A program made the position numbers and the translations under genes. This document shows positions 1 to 9,235 of a DNA stretch of 64,000 nt, one piece after another (position 1 is the stretch's first letter; each line of letters opens with the position of its first letter). The DNA comes from Verrucomicrobiota bacterium. GTDB lineage: Bacteria; Verrucomicrobiota; Verrucomicrobiia; Verrucomicrobiales; DEV007. The notes beneath the pieces are model-generated. The model ran no database searches, had not been told where the DNA came from, and worked only from the letters and a program-made list of their open reading frames with translations. The stretch covers positions 34,996-98,995 of the forward strand of contig JASFYY010000133.1 in assembly GCA_045046875.1 (NCBI GenBank). The letters are read 5' to 3'.

Positions 1-797
1 CGGGTGCCAAGGTCATACAAACTCGCCTTTCCACGTGGCCAGGGCATGCCATGGTCACTGGTCACGATTAACAGGGTATTGTCCAGCACACCGTTTTGCT
101 CCAGCAGTTTCACCACCTTGCCAACCTGCTTGTCAAACTGCTCAATCTCTTGGTAGTAACCGGCCAGATCTTTCCTTACTTCAGGAGTGTCAGGTAGGAA
201 CGGGGGGATTTCGATGGCTCCGAGGTCTCGTCCGTCCACTTCGTAGTGGAATGGGCGGTGGCCAAGGGACGATCCGAGCCAATAACAAAAGGGAGTCTTC
301 CCGGAATGCTCGGCTAAAAATTTGTCCAGAGGGACTTTCTTGCCGGCGGGTGGGGACTCCCACCCACCAAGCTTCCAGTACCCTGGGGCCCATCCTTTAC
401 CCTGGCGGCCAACCTGATACCCGGATTTTTCCAGCAAGCTGGGATAGATCGCATAGCTGTTCTGTAAAGTTCCGCCAAAAACCGCGGCTTCTTTTAGTCG
501 CCAGATTTCCTGCCCGGTCAATAGAACGGATCTGGCAGGATGGCAAATTGGTGAGCCGCAGTATACATTGGAAAAGCGCACCCCTTTCTCCGCCAATTTG
601 TCAATGTGGGGTGTTTTCGCGAAGGAGCCTCCGTAAACGCCCCAGTCCCGCCAAGACATGTCGTCGGAAATCATGAACAGGATGTTTGTCCGGGAATCCT
701 CACCATGCGTTTCCGTCATGGGAGCGGCAAAGGCAATAAAATAAAACAATATGCCTAAATAGGAAGGCGCGAGCTGGAAGGATTTGGATGCGATCAT
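1..797 (-). CDS. Sulfatase (formylglycine-dependent, S1; N-sulfoglucosamine sulfohydrolase-like), 3'-truncated by the window edge
   Basis: Not in the ORF track; translated by hand from ATG 797: signal peptide, NILFMISDD, KTPHIDKLA, CHPARSVLLTG (CxPxR signature), GKGW, DNTLLIVTSDHGMPWPRGKASLYDLGT. Open to base 1. Confidence 0.92.
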   Translation of the reverse strand, partial: MIASKSFQLAPSYLGILFYFIAFAAPMTETHGEDSRTNILFMISDDMSWRDWGVYGGSFAKTPHIDKLAEKGVRFSNVYCGSPICHPARSVLLTGQEIWRLKEAAVFGGTLQNSYAIYPSLLEKSGYQVGRQGKGWAPGYWKLGGWESPPAGKKVPLDKFLAEHSGKTPFCYWLGSSLGHRPFHYEVDGRDLGAIEIPPFLPDTPEVRKDLAGYYQEIEQFDKQVGKVVKLLEQNGVLDNTLLIVTSDHGMPWPRGKASLYDLGT

Positions 798-895
798 GGG
801 TTTGCTACTATAGGCTTATAGCTTAAAGCATTGCATTGGGAAATAAATATTTGGTGAGCGCATTCCCGGTGGTTTGCCATAAGTAAATTTCAGTT

Positions 896-2188
896 TCATT
901 GAATCACTTTTGCGCCACACGATTTGCAAAACTTGTCATTTGATCTGAGTTTGATTCCGCATTTGATACAGAATTTAGGGTTCTGTGAAGCAGCCGGTTT
1001 TGCCTGCTTCTTTACCGGTTGTGGAATAAGAAGCGGGGGATCCGCTTTTTTGTGCATATACGGAGGAGGCGTTTGATCCGACTTTGGAGCATTGCTTGCC
1101 GGGGCTTGGTTGGCTTCCTTCGGTATTTCTGACGACAGGATTTTCACACCACATTCGGGGCAATTATTTGTATTGTCAGGAATTCGTGCGGCACACACCG
1201 GGCAGGAATGTGCGGATGACACGGTTTGGCCGGTTGAGTCATTTGGATGTTTTAGAAAATCTGATATCAGTAACTCAGTATTCTTAAAATCGAGCGATGC
1301 GATCGTTGATTCTTTTCCTCCAAAATCAAAGAGAAACAAGTCCTGCAAGGATCGAACCAAAAGCATAGCTTCGTGCCCTTCGCTTCCCTTATCGGTAATC
1401 CGTGTGATTCGAATGGCTACTTTAGTGAGATGTTGGTGGAGAGCCACCAATATGCGGTATCCGGACGAAGTGAGATGATAATTATCATTCGCAGCAGAAA
1501 TGAGTTTGCGGGAAATCAATTCTTCTAGAGCAGGCTGAACTCTTCCCTCCCATGAGGCTGCATTGCTTGAGAAGGGGAATACTTTATCGAAAAAGAAAAA
1601 CGGCCATCTGAAATCTTCGATCGAGCTGTCATTAATCACATCTTCCACAGTCGATATTTCGAAGGATTGTGTGGGTTCTAGGTGGGAAAGTATGGATGAC
1701 ATCCGCGACTCCCGTAGAAGATGAAGCAAAGCCAGGAGAACAAGACCGGCATCCTGAGAGAAGCTTCCTCTGATATCCACAGGGGAAAGAGGGATTTGTT
1801 CAAGAAGCACTGATGAGATGGTTTTCACCAATGACGAAGTCGGTTCAACACAGATTCGCCAAGTGTTTTCCGCTGATATCATAATGACAACTTGTCCCGG
1901 AGCTTGAGGGCCGTAGGCAAGGATCGCTCGACTGATGGACTCTTCGCCCAATGTGTAATGGAGGACTCCGGCTTGAGTAGGACCGGCTAGAATTGCGATT
2001 GCGTTGCGGTAGGTGATGGCAAAATCTTCAGGTATCTCTGAGAAAAACCGGGCAACCGAGCCCTGATCTTCCTCGGTGGCGGAGATCTGTGGTATTCGCG
2101 ACAGTGGGCCGATCGGCAAGTCTAAAACTGATGGGGCTGAGGTCAGTTCAGGCCCACTTGCAACTAGGTCTCCTTCTTCAAGTTTCAT
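896..2188 (-). CDS. Hypothetical protein with two C-terminal zinc-ribbon modules
   Basis: 430 aa; CPVC..CPECG, a Pro-rich linker, then CIKCG..CKSCG. N-terminal ~315 aa not recognised. Starts 18 bp after the stop of the large gene upstream. Confidence 0.8.
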   Translation of the reverse strand: MKLEEGDLVASGPELTSAPSVLDLPIGPLSRIPQISATEEDQGSVARFFSEIPEDFAITYRNAIAILAGPTQAGVLHYTLGEESISRAILAYGPQAPGQVVIMISAENTWRICVEPTSSLVKTISSVLLEQIPLSPVDIRGSFSQDAGLVLLALLHLLRESRMSSILSHLEPTQSFEISTVEDVINDSSIEDFRWPFFFFDKVFPFSSNAASWEGRVQPALEELISRKLISAANDNYHLTSSGYRILVALHQHLTKVAIRITRITDKGSEGHEAMLLVRSLQDLFLFDFGGKESTIASLDFKNTELLISDFLKHPNDSTGQTVSSAHSCPVCAARIPDNTNNCPECGVKILSSEIPKEANQAPASNAPKSDQTPPPYMHKKADPPLLIPQPVKKQAKPAASQNPKFCIKCGIKLRSNDKFCKSCGAKVIQ

Positions 2189-2206
2189 TGTGTGCAGGGA
2201 TTATTA

Positions 2207-5200
2207 TTAAATACGATTATCTCGAAGGATACTTTTTCCGGTAGGCTTACTGACTCCTTGCAAGAAATTCTGGCTAGCTTTTTCGAAATCAAATTCGCTG
2301 CTTTTAACAGAAGTTGACAGGCTCGGGGGAAAGCCCTGATTAGCGCTCTTGAATTTCTGCAGGCCTTCCAGATTGCTGGACAGCTGCTGCGCCACTTTAT
2401 CAGGAGTGTAACCAATTTTTGCCAGTTTCATTTCCACTTCGGCAGGGGAGAAGCCCGTTTTCCCAGTGTTTTTCATGATATCCACAGCCTCGGTCAAGCG
2501 AGGAGAAATTTCTGCTGTTCTCATGCCACTGATCTTTCCTTGTTCAGTGGTAAACCGGGTTACTTCTTTTGTGTCGATTTGTGGATGCCCTTGCTCGGTC
2601 ATTCTAACCGTGCCGTCACTATTTTTGATTGTAGGCAGTTCTCCCTTTTGGTTCTTATAAAATTCCTCCTGATTCGCGCGAACTCTATTCATGTCTACTT
2701 CCATTTCACCGCTAAGGGGGGGGTTCCGCATCGGGAGATCACCGTTATTATGGTGTTTGTAGAATTCCTGTTGATTGACTGAATCCACTTTCGCTTCCAG
2801 TTGGTTGCCGTATTGTTTGGTGGTCTGACGGTAACCTTCCTCGGTTAGACCTTCCGCTTTGGCTTCGAATGAATCAGCTTGAGTCACCGCTTGATCGGCC
2901 TTGGTGGGGTTGCCTGTAGATTGAAGCTCTTGTGCGTCCTGTCGAAATTTAGCGGCTTTTTCGTTCAAGTCGCTTGCTTCATTGCGCCACTCTCGCTGTT
3001 TGTATTCGCTGGTTTTGGCTACGGCTTCGATATCCGAGGAGTCTCTACCTTTGTAATCGTCCTTTACCGCGGTTTGTAGATCACGGTCTCCTGTTCCATA
3101 CGCCTCCTTATCGAGACGATCCGTGCAGGCTTGATCCATGTCTTTGTTGTATTGATGAACTTTTTCGGTATTGATGACCGGGCGACCACTGGAGTCTAGT
3201 TCAATCTTTCCGCTGGGGTCTGTTTGGTAGGGTAATTTCCCATCATTGCGCGCTTTATAAAATTCTTCTTCATAGATTCGTTTGGTGTCAGCTTTGGGGA
3301 CATCGGCAAAGCCCTTTTCGATTTTTCCGGTTCTTGGATTAATCACATGATCTTGCTCCACCCGGTAGGTGATATCCTGGTCGAAGCTAACCTTGTCGCC
3401 ATTAATTCCCTCAATTTTTCCGCTCGGTTTTGCCTGAGTAAAGTCATCCGTATGAGTCTTCATTGCAGGGTTAGGTTTTTTGGCGAAACTACTTAGATCA
3501 GTAGATTCGATGTCTCCAGTCGAACTGGGCGCATTCGTAGGCTTAACAACTTTTACTTTTTCGACGGGCACACCATATTCTTGAGCGATTCGTTCACGAG
3601 TCGACAGGTGCGCTTGCTCGTATGAGGTTTTGAGATCGCGATTGAATCCTTCTCTGATTTTGTGACTGAGAGCATCGTCACCTCTTTCATTGAGGATATT
3701 CATGGCGTGCTTGTCTTGCTGGACCTTGTCGACCGCTTGCTGGCGTTTTATTACGGCATCAGGTGAGCTTGGATTTTGTTTATATGAGGTAAGGGCTTCA
3801 TCTAATTCTGCGATCTTGTTTGCTCCAGCTTTCCGGCCTTGATTAAAAGCGTCAGTACGTCGCGCCACAGCGCTTTCATCGATCACTAATGCTTTTGGCT
3901 TATAACCAGGGGTGATATCTTTCCCGGCACCCACCAGTTTATTCCCTATATCCTGGTTTAGGAATTTTTTCGTATTACTTAATTTAGCTGTGAATGCGTC
4001 GTCGATGCTACTTCCTTTCACGAAATTATTATATCCGGCACCACTGATTTTACTTCCGGCTTTTATGCCGCTTTCCACCACCCGTCCGGTGACTTCATCG
4101 AATACCACTCGTGTAGCTGCTGTGTGAAAGGCTTCAATCCCTGTTTTCCCTTTCATCACCTCGTCATGCACGACATACATCTTATCCCCAACCTCCATGA
4201 CATACTCGGATTGCCCTCCTGATGCCACTCCCATAAGGCCACGAAGAGCCATGGATTTATAGGAGGTTTCTCCGTTTGCATTGAGCCCGGTAAAAATTTC
4301 TCTCGAAGTAGATTGAGCTCCCTCTTTTACCCAGTTTGTATTCCTCGCTTCATCTCGCATACGTGAGGCATCCATCTCGTTTCGCAAAATGCCTTTGAGT
4401 CTGTCCAACTCTTCCCGGTTGGGCGGGACACTCTCTTTGGAAACCAGGTCCTTGCTCATTTTATCAAGGTGATCAAGTATATTGTCCGTCTGCCCTTCAC
4501 CGTGATTGATGTTGCCTTGCTCGGCAAGATTGCGTGTCGCTTTTGCCATCTTGTGAATATCTCGAAGCAGGTCGCGTTTTTCTTTTTGCTTGCGGATAAA
4601 TTCGTCGTTCTCACTGAAGTCCCAATCTCTTCGATCCCTGGCTTTATAGTTAGTTGATCCGCCAAGTTCATTGACCTGGTCGGCAAAGCGGTTTCGATCT
4701 CTGCGGAGACGTTCGAGCTCTCGATCCTGTGATGATGTGTCTCTTCCTGATTTACGAAGGCCATTTCGGACCGACTCCACAAACCCGATTTGCTCGACCG
4801 TATTTTGGAAATCCCCCTCTGCTTGGCGGACGTATTCCCGGTCGCGCAATTGATCACAAAAATCCTCTGCTTCATCCAGAGTTTTAAAATTGCGCACTAT
4901 TCCATCGGAACCGGTCACTTCCCAACCTGGTTCGTCCAGAGGGAATTCGCTCTCCAAGTCGGTAGGGTAGGAAAGAGGGGGAGGTGCCGCGCTATTTGAA
5001 GCGGGCATTTGATCATCCAGGGATTGGCGTAAGGCATCGCCCAAAGTACCGCCTAGAAGAACTCCTGTGACTGCACCTGCAGTAGCAAATCCACCAGCGA
5101 TTAATCCCAGTCCTATGATTTTCTGCCCTTCGGGAGTTTGTAAATATCCCAGAAGTGTTTTTTTTCCTCCGTTTTTAGGGCTGTATTCATTCCAGCCACC

Positions 5201-6073
5201 GTCATCGGCAAATAACAAAGCCGGAGTAAAAAACAAAAAAGAAATAAAGCAGAGCATCAACAGGCTTGAGATAGAATTTTGGCGACTACTACCGCTTCCT
5301 CCAGCACCTTTGCTGTTATTATTGTCATCTTTCGATGAATGAGTGCGCCGGTACCAGAGGGAAATGCCGACCCCTAGCACCACCATGCCCCAAAAGCTGT
5401 AGTAGAGGTAGGTCAGCAGAAAACCTAGGGAGATGGAGAGCAGCGAAACCCAGAATTGCTTTTCAATGGGTGGACGGGTTGCCCGGGGTCGGCACCACTG
5501 TTCATGAGCCGCTTTTAATCCGGCAAGAATGGTCACAACGACGGCAAGCAGGATGAATTTTCTAAACTGCCACCCAGCGATCTTCAAGACGGTGTCTCCA
5601 GCCATAGCAGCAGCACCACAAGTAATCATAATCCGCTCGTAAAAAGCAGGATTTTTAAAGTATTTTTTCACCGAATCCAAACTGTAACGAAATCCCGATG
5701 GCGCCACTTTTAGCGCGCCCCAAGTGGTTTTGAATAATTGGAAACCGGTTCCTCTGGCAAAGCCATATATTCCAAACAGGAACATAGCCCCAGCAAACCA
5801 GCGAGCTCCTGCAAGTGCATACTCTTCAGGTTGAATATATAACCCGGAGGGGCCGTTCCATCCTCCTGCTTTTGCCTGTAAATAAATATGCCATATGGCG
5901 GCCAGACCGTAAATAAAAGGGGCGAAAAATAGAGCGATAAAGAGCCGGCGGGAAATCGTGCGCCAAATCGCTTTCATGAGATAACGTGGCTTCAGGGCAT
6001 TTTTTAACGCACTTAGATACCGCTTCAAATAAAAGCCAATACCAGGAAGCGAAGGTGCACTTGTTTCACTCAT
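2207..6073 (-). CDS. Large multi-pass membrane protein with long soluble C-terminal region, function unknown
   Basis: ~1288 aa from ATG 6073 (MSETSAPS), overlapping the upstream stop (ATGAGTGA). Several hydrophobic helices in the first ~350 aa, then Pro linker, charged coiled-coil and a C-terminal domain with internal repeats. Confidence 0.8.
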   Translation of the reverse strand: MSETSAPSLPGIGFYLKRYLSALKNALKPRYLMKAIWRTISRRLFIALFFAPFIYGLAAIWHIYLQAKAGGWNGPSGLYIQPEEYALAGARWFAGAMFLFGIYGFARGTGFQLFKTTWGALKVAPSGFRYSLDSVKKYFKNPAFYERIMITCGAAAMAGDTVLKIAGWQFRKFILLAVVVTILAGLKAAHEQWCRPRATRPPIEKQFWVSLLSISLGFLLTYLYYSFWGMVVLGVGISLWYRRTHSSKDDNNNSKGAGGSGSSRQNSISSLLMLCFISFLFFTPALLFADDGGWNEYSPKNGGKKTLLGYLQTPEGQKIIGLGLIAGGFATAGAVTGVLLGGTLGDALRQSLDDQMPASNSAAPPPLSYPTDLESEFPLDEPGWEVTGSDGIVRNFKTLDEAEDFCDQLRDREYVRQAEGDFQNTVEQIGFVESVRNGLRKSGRDTSSQDRELERLRRDRNRFADQVNELGGSTNYKARDRRDWDFSENDEFIRKQKEKRDLLRDIHKMAKATRNLAEQGNINHGEGQTDNILDHLDKMSKDLVSKESVPPNREELDRLKGILRNEMDASRMRDEARNTNWVKEGAQSTSREIFTGLNANGETSYKSMALRGLMGVASGGQSEYVMEVGDKMYVVHDEVMKGKTGIEAFHTAATRVVFDEVTGRVVESGIKAGSKISGAGYNNFVKGSSIDDAFTAKLSNTKKFLNQDIGNKLVGAGKDITPGYKPKALVIDESAVARRTDAFNQGRKAGANKIAELDEALTSYKQNPSSPDAVIKRQQAVDKVQQDKHAMNILNERGDDALSHKIREGFNRDLKTSYEQAHLSTRERIAQEYGVPVEKVKVVKPTNAPSSTGDIESTDLSSFAKKPNPAMKTHTDDFTQAKPSGKIEGINGDKVSFDQDITYRVEQDHVINPRTGKIEKGFADVPKADTKRIYEEEFYKARNDGKLPYQTDPSGKIELDSSGRPVINTEKVHQYNKDMDQACTDRLDKEAYGTGDRDLQTAVKDDYKGRDSSDIEAVAKTSEYKQREWRNEASDLNEKAAKFRQDAQELQSTGNPTKADQAVTQADSFEAKAEGLTEEGYRQTTKQYGNQLEAKVDSVNQQEFYKHHNNGDLPMRNPPLSGEMEVDMNRVRANQEEFYKNQKGELPTIKNSDGTVRMTEQGHPQIDTKEVTRFTTEQGKISGMRTAEISPRLTEAVDIMKNTGKTGFSPAEVEMKLAKIGYTPDKVAQQLSSNLEGLQKFKSANQGFPPSLSTSVKSSEFDFEKASQNFLQGVSKPTGKSILRDNRI

Positions 6074-7100
6074 TGTCGCCTTTGCCTCCTTTTGCTCGCG
6101 GGTTAACAAATCCGTTTTTTTCTACCGCAACAAAAACGCTACGCCAATCAGTTCTTTGAGCTCTAATCTGGTAGAGACCTGGTTTTTTAAAGCTGAATTC
6201 GATAGATTCTCCTGAATCTAAGCTATCTAATGTGCGGTCAGAAAAGGGGTGCTCAAGCACCACGGTCTCTCTGGTCATGTTTTGTATCCTGAATGTGTCG
6301 GTTAAATCAATTTTTGACCATCTTGGATGAATGCCTTGTTCAACCATTTGCAAGTCGTGGGATCCATCGGGAGCAAGGTAACCATCTGGTGGGCGAACCA
6401 AAACCCAAACGCTAAAAACGGCAATGCCAGCTACAAGCGCTGATCCAGCAACAGCTAAAGGACGAACGCTCGAACTCTTTGCAAACCATGCGAGCGGTGC
6501 TCCGTAAAATAAGTGGGCGAAAAAAGCTACGGCCATTCCTGTTGAGTTTGATCGCAGATGGTAAACTTCGCCGAAGACGGTAACGATCGCCAGCCCTTCT
6601 ATAACCAGAGCCCACACCAGTGCCATTACGGCGGTGCCTTTATTTATGCCCATTATCATGGTGAACATGATGCCGAAAAAGATGCCGTTTCCCATGTGGT
6701 AAAAAAGTCCCAACCAGTCTGTATAGAGGTTGCTGTACTCCGCACCTGCCAGAAATACGCCATAGGATTGAATAGCCGCAAATGGGTTTAATCCGCCCAA
6801 ATGAAAAGGGATGCGGATCAGATCATAACCAGCTACCCCCATTAAGCCGCCCGCAACCCCTCTGTCGAAACGGTTTTTCAGCGCAGTGCTGTGTTTGCAA
6901 GCCCACCAGTAGGTAAGAATGTAAATACAGATAACGGGTAGCAACAAAGTAAGTGCCGCCGTATTCATTTTGACTATTCCATAAAGGTAGCCCAGCAATG
7001 GCAGGATCGTCGCCAGCCCAATTAGACAAAGTAACAAACGAACTAAGAATCCGGCATCACGACCTTTTTTCTCCAGTTGATCCATTTCTAATATCTCCAT
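6066..7100 (-). CDS. Polytopic membrane protein with C-terminal cupredoxin-like soluble domain
   Basis: ~7 hydrophobic segments with conserved-looking His (YHMGNG, AHLFYG); C-terminus LDSGESIEFSFKKPGLYQI resembles the cupredoxin beta-sandwich but lacks Cys/His copper ligands. Start uncertain (7136/7100/7085). Confidence 0.65.
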   Translation of the reverse strand: MEILEMDQLEKKGRDAGFLVRLLLCLIGLATILPLLGYLYGIVKMNTAALTLLLPVICIYILTYWWACKHSTALKNRFDRGVAGGLMGVAGYDLIRIPFHLGGLNPFAAIQSYGVFLAGAEYSNLYTDWLGLFYHMGNGIFFGIMFTMIMGINKGTAVMALVWALVIEGLAIVTVFGEVYHLRSNSTGMAVAFFAHLFYGAPLAWFAKSSSVRPLAVAGSALVAGIAVFSVWVLVRPPDGYLAPDGSHDLQMVEQGIHPRWSKIDLTDTFRIQNMTRETVVLEHPFSDRTLDSLDSGESIEFSFKKPGLYQIRAQRTDWRSVFVAVEKNGFVNPRAKGGKGDNE

Positions 7101-7217
7101 CGGGATTAAGTAAAAAATACAGATTAATAGCGACAAGATCTACCTATATATTGCTATAATCGATATAATTTAAAAATTTTGGCTGAAGACGTGGAGATTT
7201 GGTATTAGAAACTAATC

Positions 7218-7871
7218 ATGGGAGGATCTAAAAGTCCGTGTTTTTGTAGCGAGTGTGGCAAGCCTGTGCTTTCGCACGCAGCGTTTTGCGCACAATGTGG
7301 GGCGCCAATAAACCTGGATTCTGAGCAAGCTAAGGTTAAGGATGAGGGGGGGGCTCCAGATTTCACTCAAGAAACGATCCCCCGGGATCTTGTCGCCGGA
7401 AAAAAACGGAGTAAAATTCCATGCGTTTTGTTGGCACTTGCTTCACTTTTGGTTATAGCAACAGCTTTGATTGTATTTATGTTATGGCTGGTTCCGCGTT
7501 TCGAAAAGGAGTCAGGTGACGATGTGAACACCTCAGGGTACCCCGTCGAGTTTTCTGAAGAAATACACCGGCAGTATCCGCAGCCTGCCCAGCTGGTGTA
7601 TTATCATTTTATTTCAAAGTTATACGCTGAAAATCAAGATTCGATCCGAGTGGGGTCCCCGAAAATATCCGATAAGCAGGTTGACATCGATGTGACGATC
7701 GATGGGCAGAAATTCACTTTTAGAACGATTGAAATCACTAATGACGGGAAGGCCGCCGAAGTGTTTGTGGGGCTTGCGGATTCTGAAGCCGATGAAATTT
7801 TTGTACTCCGGAAAACGGGAGGTAAGTGGATCATCGCAGGGACTCGACAGGTGGAGCTAAGGGTCAATTAG
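7218..7871 (+). CDS. Zinc-ribbon + single TM + extracytoplasmic NTF2-like (DUF4878-like) domain protein
   Basis: CSECG..CAQCG, one TM (IPCVLLALASLLVIATALIVFMLWLV), C-terminal FVLRKTGGKWII hairpin typical of NTF2-like folds. Confidence 0.75.
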   Translation: MGGSKSPCFCSECGKPVLSHAAFCAQCGAPINLDSEQAKVKDEGGAPDFTQETIPRDLVAGKKRSKIPCVLLALASLLVIATALIVFMLWLVPRFEKESGDDVNTSGYPVEFSEEIHRQYPQPAQLVYYHFISKLYAENQDSIRVGSPKISDKQVDIDVTIDGQKFTFRTIEITNDGKAAEVFVGLADSEADEIFVLRKTGGKWIIAGTRQVELRVN

Positions 7872-8457
7872 CGGCTTTTGGAAATTTGTATGCTACAATT
7901 TTCCATTCATCCACCTCTTTTTTAAGTTGCACCGCAATTGGGATTTTGGTTCCGGACTTCACGATCAAGTTTCCTTCAAGTATGCCGACGTCATTTTCGA
8001 TCTGGCTGCTGGAAAAGCTGGATCCTGTCACCGTTTTTAAAACCGGGTGTTGTTGTTGGAATTCTTGAAAATCGCCATAGGAGATAGTGGCTTGAAAATC
8101 TACGGCGGTGCCATCGTAGGCGGCTCGTTCATTACCCGCTTGAATCAATGCGAAATGTTGGTCAACTGCCGTTTTAAGAGGTTCATTCATCAAGCTTAAA
8201 AGCATAATGAACCCGCCGATTGCCACAACTCCAAGTATCACCAGACCTCCTAAAACGATTGCCGTGATTTTACAGCCACGATGTTGTTTCATCTGTGGTG
8301 TCGAGATTTTTCGGGCATTGGTTGAGGGTGGCGGAGAAGTGGTTTGCGCTTGCTCTATGGACGAGTCAGAAGAGGGCTGAGGGGCCTTCTGTCCACATTC
8401 GGGGCAATAATGTGCTTTTTGGATCAGGTGAGTTCCACAGTTTGAGCAGTAGGGCAT
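7864..8457 (-). CDS. Zinc-ribbon + single TM + extracytoplasmic NTF2-like domain protein
   Basis: MPYCSNCG..CPECG, Pro/Ser linker, one TM, AVDQHFALIQAGNERAAYD helix, C-terminal LKKEVDEWKIV. Confidence 0.75.
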   Translation of the reverse strand: MPYCSNCGTHLIQKAHYCPECGQKAPQPSSDSSIEQAQTTSPPPSTNARKISTPQMKQHRGCKITAIVLGGLVILGVVAIGGFIMLLSLMNEPLKTAVDQHFALIQAGNERAAYDGTAVDFQATISYGDFQEFQQQHPVLKTVTGSSFSSSQIENDVGILEGNLIVKSGTKIPIAVQLKKEVDEWKIVAYKFPKAAN

Positions 8458-8962
8458 AACTGATATATGGTTAACGTTTGTCCGGGCGGGCTGTTTCAAG
8501 CGAGCCGTAGTTTCTAGTGAAAGAGGGGAGGTAACCCCAGCTGTATAACAAAAGGGCAGGCAGGGTGGAAAAGCAAATTTCTAGCAGTTCAACCGATATT
8601 TGCTAGCTGTTGCCACTGCACTTTTTTGTCCGCTTATAGCATCACGGCAACGAGTGTTTTATTCGACGTGCAATGTGCTTACTGCTTTGCCATCGATTTT
8701 GCCTGGGCGCTGCTACGCTAGGGCACACTGATATTCGGTTCTTTGCTTATTGAGTTTATGCAGACTTTGCGGCGGAAATATTCTGTAATTCAATGTGGAG
8801 AATGATCTGAATGGATCCCTTTATGCTAAGCCTTATCAGCATCAAGTAGGCAAGTTCTACTGACTTGAATCGGGCTTGACGGTTGAAATGACATGTTGAC
8901 CGCCGCCAGAAAAACTAGCCCAAAATGAGTGAGAGGTTTTAGATTAACTAATACCTCAACTC

Positions 8963-9235
8963 ATGAACAAACAAAAGAGAGATAAAGCGGAAGAGATCAT
9001 AGGAATACTGCGTGAAAGTGAAACGGCGGCGGTGAGCCAGCAATCGTTTTGCCAGGAGAAGCAAATATCACTGGCCACGCTGCATCGATGGCGCAAGAAA
9101 TACGGGCAAATGAACGAGTCGGAAGCGAAGCGACTCAAGGCCCTGGAAAAGGAGAATACCGAGCTCAAGAAAATGTATGCCGATGCGATGCTGGGCATCA
9201 AGGTGTTGAAGGAGGCGGTTGAAAAAAAGCTGTAA
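8963..9235 (+). CDS. IS3 transposase OrfA (HTH + leucine zipper)
   Basis: ISLATLHRWRKKYGQMNESEAKRLKALEKENTELKK, ending GAAAAAAAGCTGTAA. Confidence 0.92.
   Translation: MNKQKRDKAEEIIGILRESETAAVSQQSFCQEKQISLATLHRWRKKYGQMNESEAKRLKALEKENTELKKMYADAMLGIKVLKEAVEKKL
9222..9229 (+). promoter_or_regulatory. Programmed -1 ribosomal frameshift site AAAAAAAG
   Basis: A7G just before the orfA stop, followed by GC-rich GCGCGGCGC; standard IS3 arrangement. Confidence 0.8.

Noticed and set aside
35..676. 213-aa plus-strand ORF
   Set aside because: Antisense shadow of the minus-strand sulfatase, which has all family motifs.
8560..8720. IDGKAV on the minus strand (ISAs1-like) and a weak palindrome near 8701-8725
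   Set aside because: Only six residues, with no supporting transposase motifs or ends.
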